A stretch of DNA of 64,000 bases from a virus, in IMG/VR virus record IMGVR_UViG_3300046522_000512, positions 20,791 through 84,790 of that record; one strand, written 5' to 3'. The notes beneath the pieces are model-generated. The model made no database searches, was not told the origin of the DNA, and saw only the letters and a program-made list of their open reading frames with translations. The position numbers were made by a program, and so were the translations under genes. Position 1 is the stretch's first letter. The number at the start of each line of letters is the position of its first letter. Shown one piece after another: positions 61,649 to 64,000 of this stretch.

Positions 61649-62638
61649 TCACAACGCATTCGCTGCGCGGGTCAGCACGGTGCGCAGCCATGTGCGGACA
61701 CGGCCCCTCGGCGGGCGGATGTCGACGACCCCACCGGCCTCTGTCGCGAGGACCGACAGCTTGTTCATGGCGACGACGAGATCCGCCCAGCCGACCGGCT
61801 TCGGAGCCACGGTCGCGATGATGGAGTCCTGCGAGATCTTCCCGGCCTCGATGGTGTTCTCGGCGATCCGGTCGCGGTCGAGCGGCTGGAACCGAGCGCC
61901 GGCGGGCAGCTTCGACAGGTCAAGGCGCACGCTGCCCGGGGTCGAGGCGACGATGGGCCCCCATGCCGCGTCCCACTGCTGCTCGAACCGCTCCGCGGCC
62001 GCGCGGGAGGAGATCCCGCCCCGGGCGAACCCCGGCCCCTCAAGGCTCTTGTGCTCGATGTCCGGCACGTCCTCGTGCTCGGTGCCCTCCGTCTTCTCCG
62101 CGGCCTTCACGCGCGTGTACAGCTCCGCACACCGCTGCTCATACTCGGTGCGCGCCGTGCCGAAGTAGGCGCGCGCCCCACGGGTCAGCCAGCGCTGCAG
62201 GGTCCGCCCGGTCACCCCGGCGGCCGCGGCCGCCGCCGTCCGGGTCTGCCCGGCGGCGAGCGCCTGGACGACGGTGTCCACATGCGAGGGGGTGAGCAGC
62301 GGGGGACGGCCCACAGCCTTCGGCGCGCCCACCGCGGCGGCGGCCTCCTCGGCGAGCGCCTGCTCTCGCCGCTCCTCGGCCTCCGTCACCGACTTCACCA
62401 GGCGCAGGCAGAGCCAGTCTTGTGAGGGCAGCGTGCCCTGTGCCAACCCGAGGTCACGCAGACGCCGCCCGATGGTGATCCAGCGCGCCACGAGGGAAGA
62501 GCTGACCCCGGCGGCGGCCGCGGCCTCCGCGCGGGTCTTGCCCTGCTCGACCGCACCCGCAATCAGCTTGATCATGTCGGCGGTGAGCAGCGTGGCGGGG
62601 CGGCCGCGGACGGGCAGAGGCTTCGGCGTCTCAGTCAT
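61649..62638 (-). CDS. Tandem-HTH protein, terminase small subunit-like
   Basis: Two GRP..LT...G.T...AA..AGV....L.RW...G repeats; leaderless from a class I promoter. Confidence 0.55.
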   Translation of the reverse strand: MTETPKPLPVRGRPATLLTADMIKLIAGAVEQGKTRAEAAAAAGVSSSLVARWITIGRRLRDLGLAQGTLPSQDWLCLRLVKSVTEAEERREQALAEEAAAAVGAPKAVGRPPLLTPSHVDTVVQALAAGQTRTAAAAAAGVTGRTLQRWLTRGARAYFGTARTEYEQRCAELYTRVKAAEKTEGTEHEDVPDIEHKSLEGPGFARGGISSRAAAERFEQQWDAAWGPIVASTPGSVRLDLSKLPAGARFQPLDRDRIAENTIEAGKISQDSIIATVAPKPVGWADLVVAMNKLSVLATEAGGVVDIRPPRGRVRTWLRTVLTRAANAL

Positions 62639-62773
62639 GGCGCGGACCGTAGGGAGCCGTCCCCCTTAGCGTCTCGCCGTCAGGACCGGGCGACACAAGG
62701 GCGGGCGGGCCTCCATGGTGCGCGGCAGTCCGGGGCGCAGCAGAGCGCCCCGCAGCCGGCCCGGAGGCCTCGC

Positions 62774-63287
62774 ATGCCGCGGTTCAATCTCCGCCTTCCC
62801 TTCTCCATCTCCGTATCCCTGAAGCGCTGTACGCCGCCGCACCCCGTGCGCCTGGCCGCGGTGCTCGTCTTCTTCACGCTGGTGTGGCAGGCCGTCCTCC
62901 TCGGCCTGGAAGCCCTGTTCGGCGTCCACATCGGCGATACCCCGTTCAGTGAGCTCGTGCTCATCGCTGTCATCGCGGGCGTATGCGCGGCGATCTGCCG
63001 CGAGACCTGGTCGGCGTACCTCGCGTTCCTCACCTCCGGGTTCCTCTCCTCACAGCTCGCCCCGTGGGCCGGACTCCTGCCCGTCGCCGTGGTCGCCCTG
63101 CACCGCCTCAACGTGGCGCTACGAGGTCGCCGTGCACCGCTGGCGCCGCATGCGCACGGTTCCGTCGCTCTCGACGCGCGACAAGGTGCGGCTGTGCCTG
63201 CACGACGTGCAGCCGCAGCTGAGTTTCTGGCGGATCGCCCGGGAGCTCCGTGAGCGGAACAACGGCCGCCGGAGACGGTCGTCCTGA
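62774..63287 (+). pseudogene. Membrane protein gene with a possible frameshift near 63118
   Basis: TM-rich frame loses codon bias after ~63118 while another frame continues YEVAVHRWRRM... Confidence 0.35.
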
Positions 63288-63504
63288 TCGGGAAGCACGT
63301 GTACTACCGCTGACTGCAACGACGTTGCCGTGAAGGCGCCCGGCCGGCCAGACTGCACCAGACGCACGGCCCCGCGCGCCACTGGACGTGAGGCGGGGCG
63401 GCCACCGCTGCCGCCATGTACACCGCTTCCGGCGCCACCGAGGGGTTCGAATCCCCTGCGGGCAGCCGTGCGTCCTCTCCTCCCCGCGGCGTACCGTCGA
63501 ACGC

Positions 63505-63891
63505 GTGAGCGAGACGACCGAGCCCATCCCCGACGCCGTACAGGCCCGCCCGTGGCGCACCGAGGACGGGCGGCAGCCCACGGTGTGGACGTGGCCCCGG
63601 ACCGACCCCCCGGCCCTGTGGGTGCGCTCCGCCGGGCACTGGCGGCGCGCCACGGTCATGGCCAAGCAGGTATGGGCCGACGGGAGCGTGCGCTACCAGG
63701 TGGCCGTCGATCTGCTCGGCGACACGAAGGTGTCCGCACGCCTGTACCGGTGGCCTCAGCCCGGACTGCGCGCGGCGCACCGCAGCCGCTACGAGCCGAC
63801 CACGGGCGTCGACACGGCCCACGAGGGCGAGATGCCAAGCGCGCGGCCCCGCCCACACCGGCAGGGTGGCGGGGCCGCGGAGGTGACGTGA
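63505..63891 (+). CDS. Hypothetical protein
   Basis: TACCGT -10 and leaderless GTG. Confidence 0.6.
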   Translation: MSETTEPIPDAVQARPWRTEDGRQPTVWTWPRTDPPALWVRSAGHWRRATVMAKQVWADGSVRYQVAVDLLGDTKVSARLYRWPQPGLRAAHRSRYEPTTGVDTAHEGEMPSARPRPHRQGGGAAEVT

Positions 63892-63926
63892 CGCGAATCC
63901 AGGGGCAGCGGCCGCGTCACGTCACC
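63882..63926. repeat. 14-bp perfect inverted repeat GGTGACGTGACGCG...CGCGTCACGTCACC
   Basis: Direct reading; same core as 45247-45300. Confidence 0.7.
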
Positions 63927-64000
63927 AGCACGACTTTCAGTAGCGTCGGCGGCCGGTACGGATGCCACCGAAACTTTCACCCGAACGGGTGAAGTGTTGG

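Noticed and set aside
1-64000. tRNA, rRNA or IS elements
   Set aside because: No cloverleaf, rRNA or transposase signatures recognised by eye

Overview
High-GC actinobacterial (Streptomyces-like) DNA from a large element that combines phage and plasmid traits, most likely a conjugative phage-plasmid. Phage head/packaging genes lie on the - strand: terminase small subunit-like, HNH, terminase large subunit, portal-MuF fusion, thermonuclease, prohead protease and the start of the major capsid gene. They are interleaved with plasmid-type genes: TraB/FtsK translocase, Cre-like recombinase, a type II TA-like pair, an iteron-like repeat cluster and an XRE/ATP-binding cassette. The head operon also carries a ~8,140-aa polyvalent protein (DarB-like N6-methyltransferase + SNF2 helicase, SF1/UvrD-like helicase, repeated beta-barrel modules). 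The most notable signal is a possible virion cargo-loading and processing system. (i) A helix motif LDxxxV(K/R)xxLAx(L/I) forms the extreme C-terminus of the protease/scaffold and recurs three times at domain junctions of the giant protein. (ii) A hydrophobic-(E/Q)-x-K motif recurs in the head proteins and brackets a 2H-phosphoesterase (Acb1-like fold) domain inserted in the protease. Also seen: a real-looking gene nested out of frame inside the giant ORF, and two multi-copy promoter classes (8 and 5 copies). All product calls come from motifs read by eye; no database search was run.
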